From Candidatus Altimarinota bacterium (GTDB taxonomy: Bacteria > Patescibacteriota > Gracilibacteria > UBA1369): a stretch of 64,000 nt of DNA. Both the position numbers and the translations under genes were made by a program. Shown here one piece after another: positions 1-11,500 of this stretch (within the stretch, counting starts at the first letter, position 1; every line of letters starts with the position of its first letter). The DNA is taken from NCBI GenBank assembly GCA_963677745.1, contig OY782391.1, forward strand, positions 1,248,001 to 1,312,000, in the 5' to 3' direction. The notes below the pieces were generated by a model. The model did not search any database, had not been told where the DNA came from, and saw only the letters and a list, made by a program, of their open reading frames with translations.

Positions 1-948
1 ATGTCCCAATCAAAACCAGCCATAGATTTTGCCGTCGGCGGTCAGGCCCTGATGGAGGGGGTAATGATGCGTTCACCCAGCCACAATGTCATTTGCGTGC
101 GCACCCCGGAAGGCAAAATCATTCACCAGGTCGAGTACTATCAAAATCTTATTAAAAGAATAAAAATTTTGAACATCCCTTTGGTCAGGGGAGTGATCAA
201 CATGTTTGAAATGCTCCTCATCGGTACCAAAGCCCTCAATTTTTCCTCTCAGGTTGCTCTGGGGGAGGATCCGTTGGTAAAAGACAAAAAAGAAGGGAAA
301 TGGACTCAGATTACCGTGATTTTTTCGATTATTTTCGGACTGGCTTTGGCGATTCTGCTGTTCAAATTTATCCCGCTGCTTCTCGCAACCTTTATCAGCA
401 GCTTTATCCCGGCTCTCAACGATAATTATCTGCTTTTCAATCTGGTTGATGCAGTCCTGAAAACCGCTATTTTTGTCGGATATATTGCCCTGATGTCGCT
501 GGTCCCGGATTTGAAAAGGGTCTTTCGCTATCACGGCGCCGAGCATAAATCCATTATGACCTACGAACACGGCAAGGAATTGACCGTCGATAATGCCCGT
601 AGCCAGACCCGCTTTCATCCCCGCTGCGGTACCAGTTTTATTTTGCTGGTTTTTCTGATCAGTATTGCGATTTTCACCTTATTGCCCCGGCAGACCGACT
701 TACTGACCAATTTTTCCCTGAGATTTCTGGCGCTGCCCCTGATCGCCGGCCTTTCTTACGAAATCCTCAAGCTTTCCGCTAAAAAGTCCGGGCACTGGTT
801 TTTCCGCCTGGTGGCAGCGCCGGGCCTGCTGATGCAGCGTCTGACCACCGCCGAACCCGATGACAGTATGCTGGAGGTGGCACTCAAATCATTAAAACTG
901 GCCCTGGAAGCCGAACAAAATTTTCAAAATAACAAAAATGTCCCTTAA
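1..948 (+). CDS. DUF1385 (YqhQ-like) membrane protein, putative metalloprotease
   Basis: GGQALMEGVMMR N-terminus, YHGAEHK, HPRCGTSF and LQ/MQRLTTxEP motifs typical of DUF1385; several TM segments. Confidence 0.9.
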   Translation: MSQSKPAIDFAVGGQALMEGVMMRSPSHNVICVRTPEGKIIHQVEYYQNLIKRIKILNIPLVRGVINMFEMLLIGTKALNFSSQVALGEDPLVKDKKEGKWTQITVIFSIIFGLALAILLFKFIPLLLATFISSFIPALNDNYLLFNLVDAVLKTAIFVGYIALMSLVPDLKRVFRYHGAEHKSIMTYEHGKELTVDNARSQTRFHPRCGTSFILLVFLISIAIFTLLPRQTDLLTNFSLRFLALPLIAGLSYEILKLSAKKSGHWFFRLVAAPGLLMQRLTTAEPDDSMLEVALKSLKLALEAEQNFQNNKNVP

Positions 949-1231
949 ATTACCCAAAATAACCCGTCAAAGGTTGATCATCCTGATTGCCGCCCTCGCC
1001 GGTCTGCTGGTAGTCGGTTACTATATCTGGTCCGGTCAGGCCGGTCTGCAGAAAAGCAGCCGGGACCTGCAGAACTCGGATAAAAATATTGAACAGATCA
1101 CTGTGAAAGAACAGCAGGAAGGCCAAAAAGATGTTGAGGTAAAATGCAAGGACGGCAGCAGCTACGACATCTATTATCCGCCCGGCGAAACCAATTACGA
1201 CTCGCTGGCCGCCGGCAAATGTCAGGAATAA
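938..1231 (+). CDS. small membrane-anchored hypothetical protein
   Basis: 97 aa; basic N-terminus, one TM, two Cys; start overlaps the upstream stop (translational coupling). Confidence 0.65.
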   Translation: MSLKLPKITRQRLIILIAALAGLLVVGYYIWSGQAGLQKSSRDLQNSDKNIEQITVKEQQEGQKDVEVKCKDGSSYDIYYPPGETNYDSLAAGKCQE

Positions 1232-1323
1232 CAGACCTTTGCGGAACAATGTCTGAGCATAGGAAAAATAATAACAATATGTTATAATCACCAGATTGTG
1301 TTATTATTTTTACTATATAAAAC

Positions 1324-4300
1324 GTGAGAAAAAAAACTGATAGAATATTGTCGCGCTATATTAACCGCAGACACGGCCCCAAATTTATACTGGTAGCCAT
1401 GTGTCTTCTTGTTACAGTTTTCTTCCAGATGAGCCAGATAGCTCTGGCCTCTGGAGTAAACAAATGGGCCAGCCTTTTGCAGGTCAGCAACTCCTACTCA
1501 TCCCACAATAATGTCATAGTTCCCACTTCCGACGGCAAATACATTATCGTCTGGGCTCAGGAAGTTAGCTGGGATGATGATCTGTATGCCATGAAAATCG
1601 AAAACCTGGGATCATCCGGACAAAACGTCTGGGGAGCACCTGTACAGCTTACCAACCTCTCCGGCAGTGAACCGGATCAGGAGGGGGGCCTCTCTGTGGT
1701 AGCGGATGGCAGTGGTGGGGCGTATATCGCTTACCGCCGCAACGGACCAGATGTTTATGTCCAGCACATCGACAGCAGTGGAGCGATCTGGCAAATGAAC
1801 GGAGAAAAAATGTATTACGATTCCACGGTGGAAAACTGGGAGACCCAGCCCAGTTTATTGTATGACTCTACATCGGGCGGCGTCTACGTAGCCTGGCATG
1901 ATGCTCAGTCCTTCGGCAGTTTCAATAATTATGTTTACCTGAGCCGACTTGGCAGTAGCGGCAGCGTTCATGCCAACTGGAATACCGGAGACGGCGACCC
2001 CAATCACACCTATCGTCCCGTCAGAGTAGGGACTTCGGATAACGCTGAACGTCCATTTCTGATCGATAATGCCGCTGACCTGCCTTTAGTCACTACCATG
2101 AATCTCGATGCCACCAGGTCTGTCACGGCATTCAGGTATAGCGCGACCGGAGCCCCGAGCTGGGGGCCTACCACCATCACGGATGCCAATAATATGTATA
2201 ACAATTCCGACACTTACATTGCTGTTCCCGACGACAATGATGGTATCTATCTGGCTTACGAATCTTTGACCGACGAGGTTCACGCTGTCCAAATCAGCAA
2301 TTCCGGAGCTGTCGGCTGGAATTCCACGGTGTTTACGCCGGGAGCGGAGGAACAGCTGGATTCAGCTTCTTACATTCATGGTATCAATGATGGCGACGGG
2401 AACTTCATGGTAGTTTGGGGAGTACAATCCACTTCAGATTTTTCCTACGACCTCTTTACCCAAAAAGTGAATTCCAGCGGTTCGGCTTTGTGGAATGAAG
2501 GCACTCCCTACCAGGTCTTCGACGACCCTTCAAAAGGCAATAGAATGCTAAAAGATAACAACTATTCGATTGTGAGTGACGGTCAGCAGGGACTGATCGT
2601 TGCTGCCTACAAGTTTTCACAGAACAAAGTCAATCTTCAACATCTACTCAGTGACAGCACCAGGGATTATGGGGACTGGAATTATGTAATGCCCTATTCG
2701 AGTTACTATCACTCTATTGCTCCGGATGGGCAGGGGGGCGCAATCATTTCCTACAATATCAGCAGAATATATGCGCAGCGTTATAATAATCCCGCGCCCG
2801 CCGCACCTTTCAGTCTTACCGCCGATTATCAGGCGGGAGGCGGAGTTCATCTGGAATGGGCAGGTTCCTATAGCCCTCCAGCCACCTTCAGAATTTATCG
2901 TTCAACCAGCCAGGGAGGCCCCTATGCATTCCTGGACGACAGCGCAACAGACACCTATGACGACCTCACTGCGGAAGGCGGCATTCCCTATTATTATGTG
3001 GTCAGGGCTTACAGAGGAGGGGAAGAAAGCACCAATTCCAACGAAGCATCAATTATTCTGACGGCTCCCGCATCTCCGCAGAATGTTGGAGGTGAGTCGG
3101 GCAATCAGACCACTCATATCTATTGGGACGCCTCAACCGGTGCGGACAACTATGACGTCTATCGTTGTGAGACGGCAGTATGTGACTATCCCCTGGATCT
3201 CGTGAGGATTGCTGAGGGGGTGGCTGATTTATTCTATAACGATTCTGCACTATCCAACGGGACTGAATATACTTACTCGGTCAAGGCAGCCAATTTGTAC
3301 GGGGATAGTGAATATAGTGCATCGGTTGATCTGATGCCTACTGCAGGAGGGCCCTCTCCATCAATTTCTTATACAATTGAGAACTTCACCTGGATTGGTG
3401 CCACCAATGTAAATATCGAAATATTTGGGCAGAATCTTGATAATGCAATCAGCGTTAATGTCGGAGGTGAAAATTGTAGTATTTCTGTAAACCAGACAGA
3501 TTATATCACCTGCCAGTTAGCCAATGTCCCTGCAATAGCCGGAAACAGCAGTCTCAACCTTTTTACACCCAATGGCCCGGTATCTGTATCATTTTATATC
3601 TACGGCCCTCCCAGCGTTTCAGACATGACTCCGGTTTCAGGTTTCTCTACCGGCGGAACTCCGGTAACAATTTATGGAAGTGGTTTTGGCTGGAACACAG
3701 TGGTGGAATTTAATGGTAATCCTGCCAATGTCGTGGATATATTTACCGATGCCATCGAAGTAGAAACACCGGCAGGCACAGCCGGTCAGACAGTTCCGGT
3801 GATTGTAACCAACCCAGGAAATCAGACCGCCTCTGCAGGTAATTTTACCTATGTTGCTGCTCCGGTTCCACCGGGAGAATGGTGGAAGCACGGAATAACA
3901 GGAGACGGATTGATTATCTCGGATTATCCGGACGGAGACGTTCCCTATCAGTTCGACCCGCAGGCAATCAGGACCTCGGACGGTCATTATCTGTCGGTCT
4001 GGGTAGATGATCGGGAAGATTCAACCAGTCATTTGTATGCCAAAAAGATCAATGAGACCGATGGAAGTTCCTTTGCGGGATGGCCGGACAACGGCCTGGC
4101 TGTAACCAGCTTTAATCTGCCGGTGCCCAGCGAAAATACCGAAAACTTCAGCCTGTATTCAGACAATGCCGGAGGCGCCTATGTAATTTTTGACTATGTG
4201 GACGGCAGCGGACAAGAACTGGTCTATGCTCAAAGATTGTCTTCGGCAGGAAGCCGTTTATGGACCGACACAGGTGTGGCAATCGAAACCCCTCTATCAG

Positions 4301-5889
4301 GTCACGACCGGAGTATTTATGGAGCAGCCGGCAGCAACGCTGCCGACGGTCTATATGTCAGCTGGAGCAGACTGGACAGCGGTTTTAACTTTGAAGATTT
4401 TTACCTGACCAGACTCAATGCCAACGATGGTTCTACAGCTTTCTCTCCGCTGATTATAGACAGCGGCAATACTACGGATGAGGGCAATACGCAGCTCGGT
4501 GTCGACAGCAACAACAACGCCATGTTCTTGTATACCAAGACCGGCAATCTTGCTCTTGCCAGTTCAAGAATTTCACCATCCGGAACAGTCACACCAGGTC
4601 CTGTCATTCAATCCGGCCAGGAAGATTATGATTTTACGGCATATTTCTATGCGATAATGGCCAGTGATGGGCAGGATGGCTACTTTATCACATATTTGGG
4701 CATCAACAGCTCGGATGAAACTGAACTGAGGGCCAGAAGAATTTTGTCCGGTCTCACCCTGGACAGCAATTGGCAAGTCAATAACGCAGGTGATTTAACC
4801 GGTATTCAACTGGCCAATAATATACAGGGAATTGAGAATATGAATATAGTCGGGGACGGAAGCCAGGGTGCTTACTTCGTCTGGGATCAGTTTGTTGGGG
4901 CGGGTAAGGAAGGTGCTTATGATATATATGGCCAATATGTTGGATCCGATGGACAAAAGAACTGGGGTGGTGGTGACGGAGTAGGTCTTAGTGATACTGG
5001 AGATGATGTCGATCAGTTTTTGACTTACGAGGGAAATGTAGCCATATCTGATAATAACGGAGGATTTATTTACACCTACTTCGACGAAAACTGGGAATCA
5101 CAAATCGGGCCAAGTGTTTTTGCACAAAGGGTTGCCAATGATATTGACAACTATGAAAACCTATGGCCGATCGCCTCACCTGATACTGTCGGCTATGATC
5201 TCGGCGGCCTCACTTCTGGACGGGATCGGAAACCGGTGCTGGTCAGTGACGGAGCGGTTGGCGCAGCTGTTTTCTGGATTGGATATGATGAAAACACCGA
5301 ATACTACGATCTCTATGGTCAATACCTGACAGGCCAGGAGGAAGCCGGTGGCGGAGGAGAGTGTCTCGCCGGGCCCGGACAAACCTGCGGAGAGATTACT
5401 ATCGGATGTAACCTCGGTGGAACAATTTCCATCAGCAATATTACGCCGGAGGCCACTTTTGAACCCCGCTCTACCAACTTTTATCAGGATCCCACCAACG
5501 CACCCCTGGATAGTAACATCCAGGTGGACATAACTGACACACGCGGTTATGGAAGTTGTGGCGATGCTTCAACATTATCAATACAGAGCACAGGCTTGGT
5601 CCTGGGATCCTCAACACTGGGACTGAGTCTTGGAACTGCTTTGACGCAGGGAAACATCACTTGTCCTGGCGACAATTGTGTACCAGATTCCGCCCATCTT
5701 TCAGATGTAGCTACAACCCCCGGAACAACCGGCAGCATCGCCACTGGTGCTGACGTGTTAAACCTTTCAGAGGGCTTTGACGGTACAATCAGACTGCAAT
5801 TCAGCAGCAACAACCTGGAAGTGGTAAAGCCATCCAGCCCGATCAGCAAAGGTGATTATGTCGGAGATATAATCTTTACATTGATCTAA
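1324..5889 (+). CDS. large secreted surface protein 1 (propeller-like DGxGG repeats, 2x FN3, IPT/TIG, C-terminal WxL-like cassette)
   Basis: 1521 aa; signal peptide ending ALA; repeated SDGxGGAxxxW...YAQR units; FN3 motifs (YRIYRS-like, YYYVVRAY); IPT motifs (PVSGFSTGGTPVTIYGSGF). Confidence 0.85.
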   Translation: MRKKTDRILSRYINRRHGPKFILVAMCLLVTVFFQMSQIALASGVNKWASLLQVSNSYSSHNNVIVPTSDGKYIIVWAQEVSWDDDLYAMKIENLGSSGQNVWGAPVQLTNLSGSEPDQEGGLSVVADGSGGAYIAYRRNGPDVYVQHIDSSGAIWQMNGEKMYYDSTVENWETQPSLLYDSTSGGVYVAWHDAQSFGSFNNYVYLSRLGSSGSVHANWNTGDGDPNHTYRPVRVGTSDNAERPFLIDNAADLPLVTTMNLDATRSVTAFRYSATGAPSWGPTTITDANNMYNNSDTYIAVPDDNDGIYLAYESLTDEVHAVQISNSGAVGWNSTVFTPGAEEQLDSASYIHGINDGDGNFMVVWGVQSTSDFSYDLFTQKVNSSGSALWNEGTPYQVFDDPSKGNRMLKDNNYSIVSDGQQGLIVAAYKFSQNKVNLQHLLSDSTRDYGDWNYVMPYSSYYHSIAPDGQGGAIISYNISRIYAQRYNNPAPAAPFSLTADYQAGGGVHLEWAGSYSPPATFRIYRSTSQGGPYAFLDDSATDTYDDLTAEGGIPYYYVVRAYRGGEESTNSNEASIILTAPASPQNVGGESGNQTTHIYWDASTGADNYDVYRCETAVCDYPLDLVRIAEGVADLFYNDSALSNGTEYTYSVKAANLYGDSEYSASVDLMPTAGGPSPSISYTIENFTWIGATNVNIEIFGQNLDNAISVNVGGENCSISVNQTDYITCQLANVPAIAGNSSLNLFTPNGPVSVSFYIYGPPSVSDMTPVSGFSTGGTPVTIYGSGFGWNTVVEFNGNPANVVDIFTDAIEVETPAGTAGQTVPVIVTNPGNQTASAGNFTYVAAPVPPGEWWKHGITGDGLIISDYPDGDVPYQFDPQAIRTSDGHYLSVWVDDREDSTSHLYAKKINETDGSSFAGWPDNGLAVTSFNLPVPSENTENFSLYSDNAGGAYVIFDYVDGSGQELVYAQRLSSAGSRLWTDTGVAIETPLSGHDRSIYGAAGSNAADGLYVSWSRLDSGFNFEDFYLTRLNANDGSTAFSPLIIDSGNTTDEGNTQLGVDSNNNAMFLYTKTGNLALASSRISPSGTVTPGPVIQSGQEDYDFTAYFYAIMASDGQDGYFITYLGINSSDETELRARRILSGLTLDSNWQVNNAGDLTGIQLANNIQGIENMNIVGDGSQGAYFVWDQFVGAGKEGAYDIYGQYVGSDGQKNWGGGDGVGLSDTGDDVDQFLTYEGNVAISDNNGGFIYTYFDENWESQIGPSVFAQRVANDIDNYENLWPIASPDTVGYDLGGLTSGRDRKPVLVSDGAVGAAVFWIGYDENTEYYDLYGQYLTGQEEAGGGGECLAGPGQTCGEITIGCNLGGTISISNITPEATFEPRSTNFYQDPTNAPLDSNIQVDITDTRGYGSCGDASTLSIQSTGLVLGSSTLGLSLGTALTQGNITCPGDNCVPDSAHLSDVATTPGTTGSIATGADVLNLSEGFDGTIRLQFSSNNLEVVKPSSPISKGDYVGDIIFTLI
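5362..5889 (+). repeat. 528-bp constant C-terminal cassette, copy 1 of 4
   Basis: Near-identical DNA and protein at 12337-12864, 19173-19700 and 21402-21929; same length from first Cys to stop. Confidence 0.95.
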
Positions 5890-5902
5890 GTAATAAACAA
5901 TC

Positions 5903-5940
5903 AAAAAATACCGACGGAATTTCCGTCGGTATTTTTTTTT
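5903..5940. terminator. bidirectional intrinsic terminator between surface protein 1 and rplA
   Basis: AAAAAATACCGACGGAA-T-TTCCGTCGGTATTTTTT perfect inverted repeat with A/T tails between convergent genes. Confidence 0.9.
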
Positions 5941-5959
5941 CCTATCTAAAACGATAAGT

Positions 5960-6661
5960 CTATAACTCGCTCAAAGCAGCTTGAGTATCGAGCTTAATGC
6001 CCGGTCCCATGGTGGTTGCCACGGACAGACTCTGAATATAAGTTCCTTTAGCCGTTGCGGGCTTAGTATCTACAATGGCCTTGATCAGTTTTTTCAGATT
6101 GTCTTTCAGATCGGCCTCCGAAAAGGAAACCTTCCCGAAGATATTGTGCATCTGACCCTGTTTATCTGTTCTGAATTCAACTCTTCCCAATTTCAGTTCT
6201 TTGATAGTCTTTCCAATATCCGGGGTTACGGTTCCGGCCTTGGGATTTGGCATCAAACCTTTGGTACCCAAAGTCTTGGCGATTTTACCAAGATTTTTCA
6301 TAACTTCCGGACTGGCTACCGCGACATCAAAATCCAGCCATCCTTTGACAATTTCCTCAATCAGTTCATCCAGACCGGCTTTGATGGCACCTGCTTCTTT
6401 GGCCTCCTTGACCTGTCCTTCACCGACAAACGCAATCACTCTCACATCTTTACCTGTACCGTGTGGTAATGACACTGTCGATCTGACCAGCTGGTCAGCC
6501 TGGCTCACATCCACTCCCAGTTTCACGTGCAGCTCGCAGCTGGAATCAAACTTGGTGGTGGAGGTCTTTTTCAGAAGCTCGCAGGCTTCGTCCAAACTAT
6601 AAACTTTGTTGCGGTCAATGTTTTCCACAACTTTGCGATAATTTTTCCCTTTCTTTGCCAT
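5960..6661 (-). CDS. rplA: 50S ribosomal protein L1
   Basis: MAKKGKNY, LPHGTGK, GLMPNPKAGTVT, TTMGPG. Confidence 0.99.
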   Translation of the reverse strand: MAKKGKNYRKVVENIDRNKVYSLDEACELLKKTSTTKFDSSCELHVKLGVDVSQADQLVRSTVSLPHGTGKDVRVIAFVGEGQVKEAKEAGAIKAGLDELIEEIVKGWLDFDVAVASPEVMKNLGKIAKTLGTKGLMPNPKAGTVTPDIGKTIKELKLGRVEFRTDKQGQMHNIFGKVSFSEADLKDNLKKLIKAIVDTKPATAKGTYIQSLSVATTMGPGIKLDTQAALSEL

Positions 6662-6676
6662 AAATGTATATCTTGC

Positions 6677-6711
6677 GTGGTTTTAACGCCGGACCGACAT
6701 CCGGCTCCCAC
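6677..6711 (-). promoter_or_regulatory. L1-binding autoregulatory RNA leader upstream of rplA
   Basis: Minus strand reads GTGG-GAG-CCGGA-TGTCGG-TCCGG-CGTTAAAA-CCAC, matching the known L1 operator (GGGAG...AAAAC internal loop between two helices), 15 nt before the rplA ATG. Confidence 0.75.
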
Positions 6712-6727
6712 AAAAATAAATAATAAA

Positions 6728-7150
6728 CTAACTCTTTGCTCTGGATTTTTTCCAGTCCAGTTGAATCAGCCAGAAATGCAGCAGCCAGACCGGAAAACCA
6801 ACCAGGGTCAGCGCTACGGATTCCGAAATCTGTCTGTTAAATTCGTTCTGTTGTTGAATTTCCTGTTGTTTCACCATGGCCAGTTCGCACTTTTGAGCTT
6901 CCTCGGTTGATACCATGATTTGCTGCTTGCCGTCGGGAGACCATCTGTATTCACAGTTGGATTTCTCGTAAGGCATGGTGTAGCTGAAATAATTGTTTAC
7001 CGGAAACCAAACATTCAGCACCAGTTTAACAGCTCCCGAAGCTCCCATGATAAAGCAGATCAAACCGATAATGGCGGCCAGACTTAGATAAATAGTCCTT
7101 ATATACTGGAGTGCAGTTGGCTTGTTGTGCGGACCGATAGTTTTTTCCAT
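6728..7150 (-). CDS. DUF5671-like two-TM membrane protein inserted between rplK and rplA
   Basis: IRTIYLSLAAIIGL...VALTLVGFPVWLLHFW pattern, common in CPR; Cys pair in the loop. Confidence 0.65.
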   Translation of the reverse strand: MEKTIGPHNKPTALQYIRTIYLSLAAIIGLICFIMGASGAVKLVLNVWFPVNNYFSYTMPYEKSNCEYRWSPDGKQQIMVSTEEAQKCELAMVKQQEIQQQNEFNRQISESVALTLVGFPVWLLHFWLIQLDWKKSRAKS

Positions 7151-7161
7151 TGTTTTGATGA

Positions 7162-7590
7162 TTATTTTTCAACAACATCTACTCCCATGCTGCGGGCGGT
7201 GCCGGCAATAATTTTCATGGCGGCCTCCACGTCATTGGCGTTGAGGTCGGGCATCTTTTTCTCGGCAATTTCGCGCAGTTGAGCATTGGTGATTACTCCC
7301 ACCTTGTCTTTGTTGGGAACACCTGAACCTTTGGGGATTTTAATTGCTTTCATGATCAGAACGGCGGCCGGAGGAGTTTTCAGGATAAAAGTAAAAGACT
7401 TGTCTTCGTAAACCGTGATTTCCACAGGGATGATCGTGTCTCCCATTGGGGCGGTGGCCGCGTTAAACTGGCTGCAGAAACCTGGAATATTCACACCGTG
7501 CTGGCCGAGTGCCGGACCGATCGGAGGTGCTGGATTGGCCTTGCCGGCCGGTATCTGTAATTTGATTACAGTATGTATCTTTTTTGCCAT
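7162..7590 (-). CDS. rplK: 50S ribosomal protein L11
   Basis: MAKKI start at 7590 (not 7638); [24 protein letters not shown]; IAGTARSMG. Confidence 0.99.
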   Translation of the reverse strand: MAKKIHTVIKLQIPAGKANPAPPIGPALGQHGVNIPGFCSQFNAATAPMGDTIIPVEITVYEDKSFTFILKTPPAAVLIMKAIKIPKGSGVPNKDKVGVITNAQLREIAEKKMPDLNANDVEAAMKIIAGTARSMGVDVVEK

Positions 7591-7648
7591 AGTAAATTGA
7601 TTGATTGTAAACGACTGACACGAGTGTAGAAGCGGCACCCGCCAAGTC

Positions 7649-8413
7649 TTAGATTAATTCCGAAAGCAGTTTGGAGGTCAGTTCAAAATAAGTCAGGTCT
7701 CCATCTTTAGCCTTCGGGTAGCTCAGAGCATACACGTTGGTTCTGGTTTTGACAACTAAAAATGCCTGGTCTTTGGGCACCTGGAAATTTATATAAAAAG
7801 AGCTCAAACCAAACTGATTTGTTTCATTGATGGTAACCCCCAGTTCATCCTTGATTTTTGCCCTCAGAAAATCATAAATCTCCTGAGTACTGGCATCGTC
7901 GGTAAAATTGAATTCATAAACTCTCAACACTGGCACCTCATTACCGTCAATTATCCGGGTAATTTTTTTATCCACAATGTCCAGATAACTGAGCATATTC
8001 AGATCAAAAAGCCCAAACAACTGTCCGTCAAAAGGGCGGGGCTTGACGATAAAATCCCGGTAACCTGCCTTGTCCAGAAGCTCATTGCTGATATTTCTGG
8101 TCAGAAGTTCGGTCTCGGCCGGATCGGTTTCGTCAGTTGTCGGATCCGGAATATTGTCTGACACCAGATTATTCACCAAATCTGTAAGTTTGTTTTCCTG
8201 CTTGGATTCCGCCGTAACAATCTCAACACTGGTATCCTGGTCAAACGCCCCCACAGTTTCAACCGGCTCCTGTTCTTCCGTTTCATCCGCACCCGCGCTG
8301 GGAAAAGGCTTTCTGACAGGGGAATCCTCCACATTGCTCAGTGCGATAAACAACACTATCAGAATGGACAGGATGGAGATTAAAGCCAGTGCTGTGGAAG
8401 ATTTGCTATGCAT
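7649..8413 (-). CDS. membrane-anchored acidic hypothetical protein
   Basis: N-terminal TM, acidic linker, globular C-terminus; ATG at 8413 preferred. Confidence 0.7.
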   Translation of the reverse strand: MHSKSSTALALISILSILIVLFIALSNVEDSPVRKPFPSAGADETEEQEPVETVGAFDQDTSVEIVTAESKQENKLTDLVNNLVSDNIPDPTTDETDPAETELLTRNISNELLDKAGYRDFIVKPRPFDGQLFGLFDLNMLSYLDIVDKKITRIIDGNEVPVLRVYEFNFTDDASTQEIYDFLRAKIKDELGVTINETNQFGLSSFYINFQVPKDQAFLVVKTRTNVYALSYPKAKDGDLTYFELTSKLLSELI

Positions 8414-8510
8414 ACAGCAATAATAAACCACCGGCTAGGCAAAAAGTAAAGAAACGAAATTCAGTAACATTTAAGAAAAAGTCTACCAAGGTAATTGTTA
8501 GAACTTAGCA

Positions 8511-8544
8511 AATATGTTAAAATAACAAGATATTTTTTAAATTA
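8511..8544 (+). promoter_or_regulatory. conserved extended -10 promoter element of the surface-protein family
   Basis: AATATGTTAAAATA..AGATATT..TAAATT; recurs at 13043 and 19871. Confidence 0.7.
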
Positions 8545-8559
8545 TGTAAAAACAAATCA

Positions 8560-11500
8560 ATGAAAACAAAAAAAATATTCTCTAAACGATTTCTGCATAA
8601 ATATTTTGACCATATCAGGAAAATGGAGATGCGGGATCTACTTATTGCCTTGGCGGTGACGGTAATGTTGGTATCTATATCGCTGGCGGCGGGTCAGGGA
8701 CAATGGCCCAACACCAGTTCTCCTTCAGCTGTCCAACTAATGAATGGCGGCTGGGAGTCCCGGGGAGTAAGAACCAGCGATGGGAATTATATAATCGGTA
8801 TGATTGCCAACAATGTTGGTTTACAAAAATTAAATTCAGCAGGCAGCAAACTCTGGAACGGCGGAGACCCGATTGATATACCCGATTCCTACGCTGTAAA
8901 CGAAATTGTCGCAGATTCATCTGGTGGGGCCTTTGTCCTTTATGAGGGCACAAGCATAGGCAGCAGCAATAAATATATTAGGCACGTCGACGGCAGCGGT
9001 AATGAGCTCTGGACTGTCGGTCCGTTTGATTCAACGGAAGATAGCGAAAATAGTCCCAGAATACTTAACGACGGGAATGGCGGTCTGTATCTTGCCTGGT
9101 ATCGGTCTGACATGTCTGGGTACATCACCCATTTAGGCGCAGACGGTGATGTTTGTGATGTGGCCACCTGCGGTTATTCCTGGAATCCGGGAGGACCCGG
9201 CACCTATCGTGAGAAAGCTTTCCCAACTACCGGCAGCGTTAGTCCAGAACCCAAATTAATTCTCTCTGATTCAGGCAGCGTAATAGTTTCTTATATGGTG
9301 GACGCTGGTATCGACGTTACCAAATTTAATGCCGATAGCAGCTTTGCCTGGAGTCTGCCTGCAAGCTACCAGTCAATCATTGATCAGAATTACCTGATGA
9401 TGGCCGAGTCGGATGGTAATAACGGTATAAATATTGCCTATTGGAATAATGAAGGGGAAAATACCAATCTGATGATGTCCAGAGTTCTGTCCACGGGAGC
9501 TTTTTCTTTTGCGCCGAATAGCCTGACCATAAAAACTATCGATAATACAGCCCTGTATACCGGCAGTATGGCCAGTTCATCCGACAGCAGCGGCAATATG
9601 TATCTGGCCTGGCAGCAAGCCGACGTGGCCACGGACGAAACGGATACCTACGTCCAAAAGATAAATGCGTCCGGAGTAGAACAGTGGACCTCGGGTGGAG
9701 TTCTGATGGGTACCCTGGGCGACGGAATAAGCGATTATATCGAAAATTCATATCTTTATAATTTACCCCATACCATTGTTGCCGATGGTACCGGCGGTGC
9801 CATTGTAGCCATGAACCGAAACCAGAATATGGTTGGCGGCATGGTGGTTGGCCAAAGGGTATTAAACAACGGTAATTTGGATTGGGGCATAGGTTATTCA
9901 CTTACCAACAATCCCTTTGTGGACAGTGATGACATGCCGGATATAATCAGTAACGGATCAGGCGGGGCATTGTTCAGCTGGCATCAGTGGACAAACAGTG
10001 GAGAATTTGTGTCAGCTCAATTGGTTCAGTCCGCAGCACTTGGTCTGAATGTAACCGAGGTGCTGGATAGCTCCGTTCCGACACGGGGAGGTCAAATTGT
10101 AAACATCAAAGGCAGTGGTTTTATCAGTGGTGCCACAGTGGACATAGGCGGCTCAGCAGCCACAGATATTATTGTTCTGGCTGACAATGTACTGTTGGCC
10201 ACCGTGCCGGGCCATGCCATGGGGTTGGCTGATGTTTCTGTAACCATTCCCGGTCCGTCATCGTACATCCTAAACAATGGCGTGAACTATATTAATCCAA
10301 CGCCCGCGCTTAATTATTGCAGCGGTGGTTTCAGTAAAATCGATTATGACAGCGGACATGGCATAGCTTTGGCCATGGACGGCAGCGTCTGGACCTGGGG
10401 CAGTAATATTAATGGGCAGCTCGGTGACGGTACAACGACCGACCGCCAGGCTCCTGTAAAGATCAGCGGTCTGACCGATGTGATTGATGTTAAAGTAAAT
10501 TATAACACTTCGTATGTACTCAAAAGCGACGGAACCGTCTGGGCCTGGGGAAAGAACACCAGCGGCGAAATCGGCGACGGTACCTACACTGACAGGCATG
10601 CACCGGTACAGATCACTTCCCTGAGCAATATGACGCAGATTGAACCGATAGGGAATTGGGTTGTCGCCTTGAAAGGGGACGGCACGGTCTGGAGCTGGGG
10701 TTATAACGGATACGGGCAACTTGGTAACGATTCGATGGCCGAAAACAGCAATGTTCCAGTTCAGGCCACAGGATTGACAGGAGTACAAAAAGTTTTCGGA
10801 GAATTTGAAACCGCCTACGCCATCAAAACAAACGGAACAGTCTGGGGTTGGGGCTACAACTACTATGGACAGGTAGGTAATGGAACCACTGGCTTTTACC
10901 AGAGAACCCCGGTACAGGCAACTGGTATAACCACCGCGACAGATTTACATGCCGGCTTATATCACGTAGTGGTAAAACTAAGTGATAACACACTAATGGC
11001 CTGGGGAAAAAATGATGAGGGAGCGGTGGGTGACGGTACAACTACCAACCGTACAACCCCGGTACCGGTTAATGGGCTGACCGATATAGTCAAAGTAGAG
11101 GCGGCAACCAGTTCTCACAACCTGGCCCTGAAAAGTGACGGAACAATCTGGGCTTGGGGTCGCAATGAGGCCGGCACTATCGGTGACGGTACAAATATAC
11201 AGCGTAATTCACCCGTGCAGATAACCACTCTTACCAACGTATCTGATATTTTTTCTTACGAGCACACTGCCTTTGCCATCAAGAATGATGGAACTGCCTG
11301 GGGTTGGGGCTCGAACGGTACTGCCATGCTGGGTGACGGAACATATACGGACAGTAACGTTCCGATACAAATCCATAATCTGAGTAACGTAACTTATCTG
11401 CACGGCGATTTCTATAATATGGTGGCTCTTGAGGAGGATAACAGTGCCTATGGCTGGGGAGATACTTTCGATCCTTGGCTCGGCGCCGGAAACAACTATG

